A stretch of 60,718 nucleotides of DNA, filler included, from Sphacelaria rigidula (taxonomy: Eukaryota), in the NCBI GenBank assembly GCA_964200075.2. It is 8 parts of 8 records of this genome, joined end to end, with 100 filler letters (N's around TTAATTAATTAA, not from the genome) between each part and the next. Parts side by side here need not be neighbours in the genome. Positions count along the whole stretch, not along the records: positions 7,604 to 15,106 come from CAXNAA020014616.1; positions 15,207 to 22,708 come from CAXNAA020014617.1; positions 22,809 to 30,310 come from CAXNAA020014618.1; 5 more parts are not named here. One strand, written 5' to 3'. Position 1 is the stretch's first letter. Every line of letters begins with the position of its first letter. The notes under the pieces were generated by a model. The model saw only the letters and a program-made list of their open reading frames with translations. It searched no databases and had not been told where the DNA came from. The position numbers were made by a program, and so were the translations under genes. Below are positions 11,136 to 23,075 of the stretch, piece after piece.

Positions 11136-12933
11136 GTGCGTACAGTGAGGATCCCTCAAAGTGCGATGCGTTGCCGCTGTTAGTTTTCTTCTTCTTTTTT
11201 GGGGGGGGAGAGGGATCTAGATCGCTTCAAAAAGTACAGTGCGATGCAGCATCGCATTGATGGTAGAAATGACTGTTTTCTCTATGCTTTCAGAACTTGA
11301 AACGTGACTTCACTAATAGCTGGCGCCTGATGGACTCGACTTGATCCCAACTTTCAAAACCTGAAGCTTAACTTTTCGTACTGGTAATTATACGTGTGTA
11401 TCCTTCAAATTGAGAATATTCCGCCGGCCTTTCGTTGAAGAGCACAGAAGCTAAAGGCTGAAGGGGCACTGTAGTGACTGCTTTTCGATGCCTCCCTTGT
11501 GTCATCACGCGGTGGATGCGGCACCGCGCTCTTCGCACTTTGTCGATCATGTTGTCAGGTGTCACGGTGGCATGATACGTTCCCGCTGAAGAACTGATGT
11601 CGCGTAAAACGCAATTGCTTCAATTCTACCGCATGCTGTACCAAATTTCCCCCCACAAGTCGTACACGAACGAGGAGAAAGAAAAAAAAATGGCCCATTC
11701 CCGCCGAAAATTGAATGACCGACCCCGCCCATCGGTGGATTTTTAACTGTCGTCATAAAGACGACCCACCTGGTGTACGATCGTACACATGTAGTGCGAT
11801 CAAGATCGCGTCAGTCCGACCCCCTATACTAGTGCTTTCACGTGAGAACACAACATATCCCGGCAGAGTGTGGGATCAACCCGCCGTACTGCCGGGCCGG
11901 GACCCCGGCAGACTGTTGGTGGAAACCCCAAGCAGAGGACAAACAGCAGAGTACCTTGACTCGTACGAAATATGTTGGGATCGCTTACGGGTTTTTCAGC
12001 ACCGGAAATATTCCAGTGTTGTGTAGTGATCGTCCGTGTACGGTAGCAAATACAATGCGCCCGTGTGTCGGTGTTTTGGTCATCGCTGTATTGCTGTTGT
12101 ACTTCAGTATGTGCACAGTATGAGGCGATGCTACGTCTGCGGCGTTGGTCGATATTCGTTCACGTGTCATGTGTGAGGGTGTACATGTTTTTCAATGGTT
12201 CCTAAGTCGGCAAGTACGTTGCCCGTCCGAGTGCTGCGTATGGCTTTTCTTTGCGTAACACACGAATCTACCGTTCATTTGGTTACCGCCTGAAACTACA
12301 GAATTTGAACTTTTTTTTTCGATCGATTAATTTATTTTCATATTTGTCGTCCTCGCAAACACGCTTCGTTCCTCGAAACGAGCAGATGAAAGTCTCTCGT
12401 CGAAGCGTCCGTGATGGAAGAAGAAGTGCACGGTTAATGAGTATTGATATTCATCTTTGGACCATTTGTAATGAACCATCTGAATTAAAAAAAAGACGAT
12501 GAAGGCCAAAGCGCCCCAACCACACCGGCAAACCATCACGGTCACGTCATCTGTGCTCCAAATTCCATTTGAACGTGTCATGCTAGGACCACGTGGCCTG
12601 GAAAACAAAAGGAAGGGAAATGGCGCCGTGGGTATATGAGCGGACGTGGGCTGAACCCGCCGACACCGAGCTCTCTTGGCCACGTGATGTAAGTGTCTTC
12701 GATTTTTGCACGGAACCGTGACGTATGATTTAATCACAAACCATAATAGCGAAAGCCATTCGGGTGCTGTCTGTGGGATGGAAAACGGAACTGCCGGTTC
12801 ATTTGCAGGGTGGACGAGTGTCGTCGAAAGCTCGATTCGTCAAGAGAGTCGGTCAAATGAAAGAAAGTCAGATGGATGGATGGATGGCGTTTTCGGTTAG
12901 CGTCTGTTGCTGTGATTCCAATTTTTGTGCCGA

Positions 12934-13064
12934 TTAACCCTTGCGGAACCCATTGACGAATTTCGTTTTTGTGAAAAGGCGTCGGTCGGTTTCAGTCATT
13001 TTCAAGTCAAAATGATGCCGATTCACAAAAAACAAAAATCGTCGATGACTTATAGAAGGGTTAA
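12934..13064. mobile_element. piggyBac-like MITE (TTAA TSD, CCCTT termini)
   Basis: TTAA-CCCTTGCGGAACCCATTGACGAATTT versus reverse complement TTAA-CCCTTCTATAAGTCATCGACGATTTT. Confidence 0.65.
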
Positions 13065-14579
13065 CATGCTGTGACCCTTGTGACCACTGTCGGTCCTGCT
13101 CCACCGGTTGACCGAAGTGATGCCCGATGGCTGATAGCCGGCTGCCGTTGCAAGAACAGTCGGGGAAGAAGCGGGGGATATGCTGATGTTGTCAGGGGAC
13201 GGCCGCCCTCACCTTCGCTCTCCGTTTCACTACAACACTTGACGAACGTGCTGCATACTTACTGTCAGACGGCCTTAGTCACAAATCGGCTTCAACGAAT
13301 GGGTCATACAGGATTTGCCCGTGACCGATGGTGTAAGCAGTAACACGCGTACGATCGGCATACTTGTGGAGGTGCCAACTGGTGGTAAGCTGTCACGCCT
13401 GCATCCAACCGGCTTGTTCACTGCGTCAGATGTCAGCCGCGAAACCCCATTTGTTCATGTCGTCGAGCCGGTCACATACTTGGAACGTTGCACACCGGGA
13501 AGCTATCAAGACGAACACCCCGATTTCACCGCTGATCCTCCCCCGAAATAGTGTTCGTATGGTGCTCTCGATTGAGGTCATCTGTTGGTGCATGTCGTCC
13601 TTGAATCTAGCGGAAAGACCCGTAGATCAGAAAGTTGGGTTTCTGATGCTGCGCTAGTTGACCGTTCAGCTGTGCAAGGGTCAACTTATTCTTTGTTGGT
13701 AGACTTTTCGGTGGTATTCTCGAAGGTCTGCACTTGTGTGATGTGGGGACTACCCCTAATGTACTCAACTCGTGAAGGGTTTTCGTCAATATTTTATTCG
13801 TTTTCATCGCAACTTTCGTTAGGGCAGCCAGTAGTTTATTCGCACGACGGACCTGGATCCTAAGACGTTTAGTGCAGTAGACACCTACCGTACGTGACGC
13901 CTAGAGTATCACCCACGCGCGGCGATTATAAATTTAACCAACCTCGAATTTTTGTTCAGGCAAGAAAGAGCCTGCATTGCAGTATGATCTCGCTTACCGT
14001 AAGCTGTGACGTACATGTTTCTAACGACACACGTTATCACAAATGATGTTCTTTCTTTTTTTCTTCGCCGCGGATAATGCGCACAGCGATACAATCGATG
14101 TACTCCGTATAACACCCTTTGCGATACCGCTCTCGATATACTGCAATGTTTCTCACAACGTCGTGATGAACTCGCTCTCAATAAGGTCCTCCGTAACTTG
14201 GGGAAAATAAATAGGCGTATATGAAGAATGAGGAGAGTGACAATGATACATACACGAAGCTGACGGAGGAGTCAAGAACCTGCGAAGAGAGGTCGCAGGG
14301 TGCGAACGGAACAGCCGGCCAGAGAATGGTAGTGGACGGAGACGAAGACTGGATGACAGCTTCGGAGGGAGAGTCTGAAGGAGAAGTGCAAGAAGCTATG
14401 GCTGTGGCGGGAATGTCGGATGAAGACACTGGCGCCGCACCCGCTGTGTTCTTCAGTCCTCAGGGTAGTCAGTCGGCGGGAAGCGATTATTGAGAAATAG
14501 AAAGAGCCGACCCCGTCCCCGAGCCCTGCCATGGCGCTAGCAAGGCGTGTTCGTGTGTGCTGGAACATAGTTAAGCCGG

Positions 14580-14630
14580 GTGACGCCGGAGCGGTAGCGA
14601 AGTGACGCCGGAGCGGTAGCGAAGTGACGC
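14580..14630. repeat. 22-bp tandem repeat (GTGACGCCGGAGCGGTAGCGAA x2 plus a partial unit)
   Basis: Exact tandem duplication. Confidence 0.9.
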
Positions 14631-15053
14631 AAACGTTTAGTGTGTTCTCCATAGGGGTTCGGGTTCTTGTGTCGATGGTTGGGGTGGGGTAGAGTGGAGG
14701 CGGTGCATTTATTCATTGACAACTTGAGGGCTAAATTATCTCGCAGAGCTGTTGAAGTGGTAGCCTTTTGGTACATTCAGCTCCCTTCCCCTCCGGCTGA
14801 ATGATGAAAGCGAGGTGTATTTCAAGCTCTGGTGGGTGAGGTGTACCCTAGGTGTAACGTCAGTAGTCACAACGTCAGACTCGCGGCGGCGTACTTGTGC
14901 ACGTTGTAGGAAGTTTCTTGAAGGGGGACAGGCAGAGAAGAGGGGATGTCGAGACAAGTGCGAAATACGAGCGTGTGGGAATTCCCTTGTAGTGCGTGAG
15001 TCAATGTTTGGACAAGTTGGGGGGGGGGGGGGGGGGGGTACCCCCGACAAGTT

Positions 15054-15106
15054 GGGGGGGGGGGGGGCGTACTTATTTTTTTTTTGCTTTAGTGTTTTTG
15101 TCATTG
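15054..15106 (-). mobile_element. Degraded or low-quality copy of non-LTR 3'-end family F1 at the contig end
   Basis: G run then CGTACTTATTT...TTGC.TTAGT...CATTG resembles the reverse complement of F1. Confidence 0.5.
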
Positions 15107-15206
15107 NNNNNNNNNNNNNNNNNNNNNNNNNNNNNNNNNNNNNNNNNNNNTTAATTAATTAANNNNNNNNNNNNNNNNNNNNNNNNNNNNNNNNNNNNNN
15201 NNNNNN
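15107..15206. other. Artificial contig linker
   Basis: N44-TTAATTAATTAA-N44. Confidence 0.98.
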
Positions 15207-15416
15207 AATCACAAAACGAGGGGGGGCGGAAGTTGTGGGGCGGGCGCCGAGGGGCGGGGGGGTGGGCCCCCCCCCCCCCCCCCCCCCCACCCACTCCCGT
15301 CGGGACACGACGGCTTCTGACGATACTCACCGCTCCCCGGTCCCCGGTCACCCCATCTGCGCATTGCACGCCTACCCCCGGTGCGTACACCAGAATACTT
15401 AACGGCCGCAACGGGG

Positions 15417-17680
15417 ATGGACGCACTGGGGGACAAGGACGAACAGGTCACTGAAGAGAATCTGTACGCCGACTTGATGGCTGAAACACCGGACGGGTTA
15501 AATGCAACAAGGGAGGCGCAGCTCGGTTGTGGGGATGCTGAAACGCGCACAGGCCTTGGTGGTCCTGCAACCGACCGATCCACGTCGACCGAGGCGCTCC
15601 CGACTCGGTCGGCAGCAGCGGAAATAAGTGAAGCTCCGAACAAAGCCAAGGGCAATCGTGAGGTGAACAGACATATGGGTCGATGATTCAGGCGTCTGTT
15701 CATCTGCTCTCCGCAGGGCTGGGATTATGTCCCGCATTTGTGTGTTTGGTTTCGTCCGCGGCTTTTTCTCCGCGTTTTTGTGGGCATACGTTTACATTTG
15801 TTTTCGCCTGTTTTGTCGACCCGCCAACGTGACAATTATACCTGGCGCTATTCTCGTGCATCATATCTCGCCGATGGGGTCGACTGTGCCGGCGCCGGAA
15901 CTCATGGGCTTCCTGTTTAATCCCTAGCACACACTGCTGTTACGCTATCGCAGAAGTTTCAGTCTATCATCCGCAAGAGTATTCGGAACCTGCCTGTCGT
16001 CAGCCGAGTTGCTGACGCGGTGAAGAGGAAGGTGCTGAACCGTTGTAAGGAGGAAGCGGAGTGGTTGGTACCTCTAGCGAAAGCCGTGATGGTCCTTGCC
16101 GAGTCTCGTGTAGAGCTTGAACGCATCTGGCTGAAACTCATCGCAGTACTGCAGGCCGTCATGACGGGTCCCGCCAACTCCACGCGAGCTTCGAGGTTCA
16201 CAAAGTTTCGCCAAGAGGGACGTCATCAAGATATATTGAAGTCCGTCACTCAGTCGGCCGTGGAGGCCGCGGCGTCAGCCCACGTCCATCACTTCGGCGC
16301 TGACGGCCCAAGCCCCAGAGCGAAGCGCCCCTCGCGGCCTGCTATCTCTTCGTCGAGCAGGCAAGATCCCATTACTGTGCTCGTCCCCCGCCACTGCCAT
16401 CCCGCGCGCCGACGGTGGTGTGTCAGTACGACAATTTTTCTCCCTGGCGACCTTATTTCTGCCTAATATCTGCGCTGTCCCCATTGTATGCCTTTCCCGT
16501 CTTTGCGTGTTCAAACACTAACGGTGTGCCCCCCTCATCCCTTTCCCACGGTGGTACCGTGCCGTGGTTTTTTGTCTTCCAGGCCACGCACGACAGGCTG
16601 CAAACCGCCATCGAGGACGTCAACATGGTCAAGTTCAGGTACCCCAGGGGTGCGTTGGAATTGCTCCCCGATCGCGCCGCTGTGTTGTGCATGGTCTCCG
16701 GCTGGTTACTCAGCAGCGGATTCACGTACGTGCGCCGGAATCGCCACGATGGTCACTTGTTTTTACCTTTGTTGAATGCTCAGAAGTATGATAACAAAGC
16801 AGATTTTGACCGCCGTGCGCCGGGCAACTTGCGTGGATTAGAGACGGAAGTGGTACGTCGCAACGAGGTGTATCAGGACAAGAGTCTGTTGTTCGTAACC
16901 GCTGAATTTTTCAGGCTGGTACAGCGTTGGGAGGCCGGGTATCGCCATGCTCTCTCCAAACCGTATCTTTCAGGCATTTTGGGGGGAAATCTTCCTGAAG
17001 AAATGAAAAGGGTTGTCGGAGGGGCAGAGGCGGTGCAAAAGCAGTGGCAGCAGTGCGTTCGTGCGGCGTCGGGGTGGGCCTCCGACCCACATGCTGAGGG
17101 AGCAGCGTACGAGTTCCTGCTGCAGAAATTCCACAACGTGCGGTTCGTCGAGTATTGCTGGCGACTGGGAATGGTTGCCGAACTTTTCAGGACGGAGAAA
17201 GCCACGCAACAGGCCCTGCGTGCAACGTTGAACGCCGCCCGCGCCGCCGCGAAGCCAGAAGCGCCGCCTGCCCGTAAAGGTAGCGATGGTGCTGCGCCTG
17301 GAGCGGGGGACAGTCACGAGCGTGCGAGGGCAGCTCTGATGGCACTGAAATTGACGGAGGTGTCCTTCGAAAGATTCACAGTCAGACAGATGAAGGAACA
17401 CATCGTGGGGATGGGCGGCAACCTGAAGGGGCAGAGTAGGGCCCCGAAACAAATCCTGCACGCGCAGCTGAGGCAACTGGTGCCGGGAATTATTGCCACT
17501 GGGGAGGACAGGGAACGATTGGACGATTTCCACGTCCGGGCGGCATCGGCGATAGAAGCCGCAGCTGTCGAAGAAGATTCCCAATCCTGTACCAAAGCCA
17601 GTGCCCTCCAGCATAATTTGTGTTTTGCGGTAGGATGGGTAGCGCGGAGATGTTGGGGTGGCCCGCTTTATGGTGAATGA
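15417..17680 (+). CDS. Spliced gene, probably transposon-associated (P-element C-terminal-domain-like motifs plus SAP-like motif); exons about 15417-15662, 15954-16360, 16583-17680; one probable frameshift
   Basis: ATG at 15417; the GT-AG intron 15663-15953 joins in frame. Exon 3 is open for about 365 codons after TTTTTTGTCTTCCAG. The likely exon 2 donor is CAG|GCAAG (GC-AG), which needs a 1-nt frameshift. Motifs: VLCMVSGWLL, DKSLLFVTAEFFRLVQRWE, FLLQKFHNVRF, QALRATL; SAP-like FTVRQMKEHIVGMGGNLKG...KQILHAQL at about 17363-17482. Confidence 0.6.
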
Positions 17681-20223
17681 CATGCGGCAAAGTTGAAGTC
17701 TCCCTCGTAAAAGGCACGCTAGTCCACGGCGAAGTTACGAATCTGCGGCATACGTCATATCAGCTGGTTGTGTGATGAAAGCCCCCGAGACCTCTGCGTA
17801 TGGGTTGCTGTGGGGTAGGAGCATGGTAAGAACCGCCTACCCATGCAGTGTCGGTAAGTCGGAGCTCGTAGCGGTTGGTACGGTACGCGTTCAGGTTGGG
17901 AACTGCCGTGTGCAGGAAATGCCCAAAGAATCCTGCCGGGATTGCACATGTGTGCATGTCAACACCAGTGCAAAGTTTTACTGCAATATCTAGAAAATGG
18001 CGTTCATCCTGGATGCGATAAATACGCGCATGGTGCATCGTGTGAAGCCTGCCTGTTTTCATTTTATTCCTTCTCTATCTCCAGCAAAGGAGCACATCAC
18101 TCTCCCCACTACAACCCTTACGCGGTGGATAGGCAACGTGTATGCAAGCCATGTCGATTACGCGGTTCATTTCTAAGGAGTAGTACTCTAAACGTTGCAC
18201 TTAAATAACGGCACCAGCTGGGTCAGCCGTAAATCCCGCTTTTGCACGTCACACCATGACTCATGAAGTTTGCCAAACCAGCCGGACTTGTGATCTGCAG
18301 ACCAACGTGGTGACACACGGGACCGCCGCTGAATGAAAAAGAAATGCGAAATGTACTGCATAATGTACCGCGTAAGTGACGGGAAAATAAATGTGTCTGC
18401 TGGGATGCGATCTCGTGACTTCCACTACTGAAGTCGCCTGTATCATTTGCATTAAAGGAGCGCAGCCGTGCAACACGGGGAGTCTAATGCTGCACCAAAT
18501 TTGTGGAATTATTTCCCGGAACTACTCAAGGATCTCCTCCACACAAGGACGCACAACTACACTGGGGATGCACACGGGTGTCTATATTTTCACCAAGTCG
18601 CAGCACTTGTTTAATTTTTGCAGAAACTTCAAATATCTTTATTTTTATGTAGGGTTGGGCTTCCCGGATAAGTCTGCGCCCGGTGGTCATGAAAATGTCA
18701 GGTCCAAATTTGAGCGCCCGACGGTTCGAGTTACCCACCGCCCGGCCGGAATTCATTTTCAATCACTGCCAGCTGGCCCACCTCGTACACCTACTAATTA
18801 TCACCGTGGTCCATTGTACTCCTTTCGAATCATGACTTTCGATACATTCTTCGAATTATTTAGCACCTGGCTTTCAAGTTACGCCTGAAATTACGACTTC
18901 GGTTGGGCGCAGTTGTTGTACCTTGGCTCAATTTCTCGTGTCGTTATATCGACAATTGATGTGAAAATTGCCGTGGAGAATCGTAGAGGCATCGTGATAA
19001 TAACAATTACTTCGCCTTCATTTGGTTTCTGTGGGAGAGGAGGCGATGGTGAAAGAATTGATATTAGACGCAGTGATTCATCCGTGACTCGTCACTGTAA
19101 TATATGGAGATAACAACATGCGCGTCAACCGTTCATGTTGTACATTTGTTATCAGTTGGCGATTTTCTCGGGCTCTTCCTCTCGCCACGGGTCATCACAT
19201 CGAGGGTCTGAGTTAAGAGCGGATGCTCCACGGAATAAAGTGAAAAAATCATATTTGCTCTCCGCTGAGTGTCTCACGGCCTGAGCAATCATCGGAGGTC
19301 CTCCCACGCGTTATCCCTCAGGTTCTGAGCGCTTGGTATTTTCGGTCAAAAGGGCTTGTCCCGCTTGTATTTGCAAATAAATATGCAGGATTGTAGTTTC
19401 AAACTATATGTGGTCATTTTCCTACAGCCGCAGACCTGTGTTTCACGGCCAATACCACCCTCCTGACAAACGGAGTGTCTACTCGTATGGCCCCACGAAA
19501 TAATCCAACACTAACGTGGGCAATGTCCTTTGGGAACATCATAATTCCGTTTACAAAATTCTGCCGCCGCCAGTTTTGAGAGTGGGGAGATATCCGTAAC
19601 GTAAAAAGATCATTACGGAACACGATGTTCAACTGAGTGAGAGTTGGTGTCACCGGGCGATACGAGCACATACCCGGTGATTATGAGGGTGTTACTGACG
19701 GTGGCACGCTGTTTTGTAGCTGTAGTGTAATGATTAAATCAAATTCACCACAAGAGGCGAGCCTTTGCATTGGCAGATAACGATTCGCATCACGCGATCA
19801 AATAAGGTGAAGAATCAAAGTCCAACGGCGAAACGACTACCACAACAGGCTGTACGCAACGTGCTCCTGCTCGCGCAGTCGCCGACGGGATACGAACCAG
19901 GAAACGGACATCGGGGTACCGCCGACGGGACCGCATCCTATACACCAATAAATCATCAAAAGTCACTCGCAACTCCCCATAGACTCTTCCTATCCCGCAA
20001 TCACTATACGCTCTGCTTGCGCAACTCAGGGCTGATCAGCGGCTGCAGGCGTGATACCTCATCACACCAGTACGCACCCCAACTACGGCATCATGAAGCG
20101 ACAAGAAAAAATGGAATCGGCGACGCAGCAGAGACAGGCCAATATTAGCCCACGCATCGTTGTGATCTCTGCTCGAAGTCCACCCCTGTCCAAACGTACG
20201 TTCCGGCCAAGATCCCTTCTCCA

Positions 20224-22572
20224 TCACAAGTTGCCAATATCTTCCATCCGCGGGGACAGGCGTGTGTGATCCGGCCTGGTCCAATCTACAGCCCAGGGCT
20301 CAAGCATATGGGCCACACAGTCCCATGCCGGAGATCTAACCGGCATTTTTATCTCGACAGCGTTTGCTGGCAACACCACTACCGCTGCCGTCCCTCCGAG
20401 ATCTATGAGGAAGTCGATATTCCCTCGCTTTGGATCAGCGTTCCGTCGCTGTCCTCCATGGAATGAGCGCGCCTTCGTGGGGTGCCGGATTGAACCCACC
20501 CCGCCTCGGATGTGCGCGAAGCGGTGCCCAAGAACATCCTGGGATTCGGGCAAAAAGAGGAAAAACATGGCATGAGTGAACGACAGTAACAGTTCAATCC
20601 CGCTCGCGTGCACCCACACGCGTCGGCGAGCGTGGTACAAGATCATGCACACAGACGCGCCGAAAAGAGTTTCCGACCTGACTGAATACCCGAGGGTGAA
20701 GAAAGCGCCGCTTCGATCCCTCTTGCACCCAATTTTGATGTTTGAAAATGTATCGGCACATGGCAGTGAACCCGAGTATAGTTAGGCAGATGTCGAACCA
20801 AGACTGGTGGGTGATGAAGGCGGCGCTCGCGGATTCCGGGCACAAGGCATCAAGATCCTCTTTCCATTCACCGAAAAACTGCAGAATCTCAAGCAGCCTG
20901 TCGAGATGGGCGCTCTTGTTGGCGAAGATGTAACCGGCATATTCCCTCTCCCCCTTCTTCCTGTCGAGCTCGGAGGTTACCGCAACGGCATCAATGATTA
21001 GCGTAGAGTCGTCACTTCATAAATGTGGATCCTGGTAACGACCAGGTTGGGTCCTACACGCAGAAGCAATGTGGGGGAAATTAGGTGATCCGATCAGACC
21101 GCCGGAATTCTTGAAAGGTTGGCATTTCACCTGGGATCCCAACAACTCGGTTATCGAAATGTACGCTTATATAGCGCGTAGTATTTATCAACGGCCCCCA
21201 TGTTTAGGATATGCGGTGCGGATACGGAGATGTGAATTATCCGGGAATCTCACCCTGAACAAAAATCCGTCCCCAATTAGTAAAACATTGTAAGAAATAA
21301 CAGACGGCTGTGGAGCGAACAGTAAATCCATATATTCACCATTGAAAACGTCGCTGAAGTCGTTCACATTTGCCGCTAGTGCGGCGTAGCATCGCTGAGG
21401 ACCGTTGACCTCCGTCTGGCGCCGCGGAGCAGACTCCTGCATCGGCACAGCGGATCGCGACATGCACTGCGAGATGCAAACACACGAGTCGGACGTTGTT
21501 CTTCTCAGGTGTTTTCACCAGGCGGGGGCAGGACGCAAGCCACCTCCCACGCGTGATCGCGCTCGGCGCCAATTCCTGATTGCAATCGACCACGCACCTT
21601 GTTAGCCAGGCCGACGTTTATGCAGTTGTGACTGTTTCTCGAAAACTGCTCGGGGGTGAGACTCCGAAATCTCGTCCACTCCGCGACTTGGTCCTCAGGA
21701 CGAGTACTGCCCAATCCCAGCTCTTCATGGTTGTACACTTCCGCGAGTTTTCTAAGGGAAAACTCGCTGTACTCCCCCTCACCGGTGGCGGGGTGAGCCC
21801 ACCACATTCCAAGGCGATGTTGTTTGCCATCAATGTCGCTGTGCGATAAAGCGTTCACAAGTTTCTTCACTACGTGCTACGGGTCGGAGAGGTTGAAAAT
21901 CGGTTTGTCATGATATGGATGACGGAAAGCGACGGGGAAGTCGGCGAACGTAGTCTCGAGGTCACTCGATGCATGTGCCCACTGCCCGAACGATTCCGTG
22001 GCGAACGATGAATGGAACCTTCGGCTGCAGGATCGCGATCACACTTCAAATTCGTGCGCAGACAGAGGGAGGGGGGGTTACGACACGCGAGCATGATATA
22101 TCACGTTTGCACACGGGAGTATGCGGCAATCATACAACCCCGCTAGACTAGCGCGGAGGTTCGCTACTGTGTGATCAATGGCAAGGCGCGAACGACGGAT
22201 ATTAATTCCTGTCACAATCGAATCGGTCTTTTGATCAGAGCAATAACAATCAATCATGGCCCAGGTTCGTACTGCCGAAACGATGGGCGTTCGCCCGTAA
22301 ACAAGACGCCACTCGACGGCGCAGTAACGCGTTGAGTGATATTTGGCAATATTCGGGGAAGACGGAGGCGACAGGATCACCTGCACTGACTGCTCTGAAG
22401 CGCCGTCGCCGCACGTGGCAATCACGTCGAACATCGTGTCCTCGTGAGCAACGATGAGCGAGATGAGAATCTTCTCCAACATTGTCGCTATGTAGTCGTG
22501 ACTGAGGGACACGACAGTCTCGCGAAACACGACAAAGCGATAGTCGGGCTTGCCGATGCTAACGAAGAACAC
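20224..22572 (-). pseudogene. P-element/THAP9-superfamily DDE transposase, 5'-partial and inactivated; exons 22572-22391, 22024-21598, 21466-21340, ~21031-20678, 20538-20224
   Basis: The GT-AG spliced translation gives P-transposase motifs in order: VFFVSIGKPDYRFVVF, VIATCGDGASEH|RRF (second catalytic D), FRHP...IFNLSDP*HVVKKLVNAL (D(2)H), HNCINVGLANK|CMSRSA, NVNDFSDVFN, LEILQFFGEW, FITHQSWFDICLTILGF, FLHPRVFSQ|DVLGHRFAHIRGGVGSIRHPT. TAG at 21877-21879; GGG at 20527-20529 where the catalytic Glu is expected; probable frameshift near the start of exon 4. Confidence 0.85.
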
Positions 22573-22634
22573 CTGTATGACCAACAGTAGTTCCGAATAA
22601 AACCTTCCGTGTGTGAATACGACTATATCACCAA

Positions 22635-22708
22635 GGGGAGGGGGGGTGCACTCGTGATCATGCATGCCATAGTCATAAGACCATCGACCTCGCATCCCTA
22701 CAAAGCCG
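22635..22708 (-). mobile_element. Non-LTR 3'-end family F2, in a probable transposase intron
   Basis: Reverse complement CGGCTTTGTAGGGATGCGAGGTCGATGGTCTTATGACTATGGCATGCATGATCACGAGTGCA followed by a C run. Confidence 0.7.
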
Positions 22709-22808
22709 NNNNNNNNNNNNNNNNNNNNNNNNNNNNNNNNNNNNNNNNNNNNTTAATTAATTAANNNNNNNNNNNNNNNNNNNNNNNNNNNNNNNNNNNN
22801 NNNNNNNN
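22709..22808. other. Artificial contig linker
   Basis: N44-TTAATTAATTAA-N44. Confidence 0.98.
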
Positions 22809-22899
22809 CTCTCTGGTGATATCGTCATCGACACGCGTGTACACCGCATTTCGTTGGGTGCACCTAGCCGGAGTTGCTTAACCCTCGGACCGCGGTGCC

Positions 22900-22970
22900 C
22901 GTAGTCCATCTGGACCACGCGTGTACTTTTTCCAAGCGAATTTTGATGCCGATTCAGCAGGTGACCTACT
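22900..22970 (+). repeat. Unclassified dispersed repeat (also at about 3090-3148)
   Basis: ACTTTTTCCAAG.GAA.TT(T)GATGCCGAT.CAGCAGG.GACCTAC is shared. Confidence 0.65.
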
Positions 22971-23029
22971 CTCGCGGTCTGACGGTCAAGTCCTCCTGCG
23001 GAGTTTTGGGGGGGAAGATACTTTCGCTC

Positions 23030-23075
<46 letters not shown>
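23030..23075. repeat. (TTG)n microsatellite, about 15 units
   Basis: Seen directly in the sequence. Confidence 0.95.

Noticed and set aside
14221-14493. Acidic 90-aa ORF as a gene
   Set aside because: The composition is coding-like but there is no recognisable domain or partner exon. It cannot be linked to the gene in the next contig across the linker.
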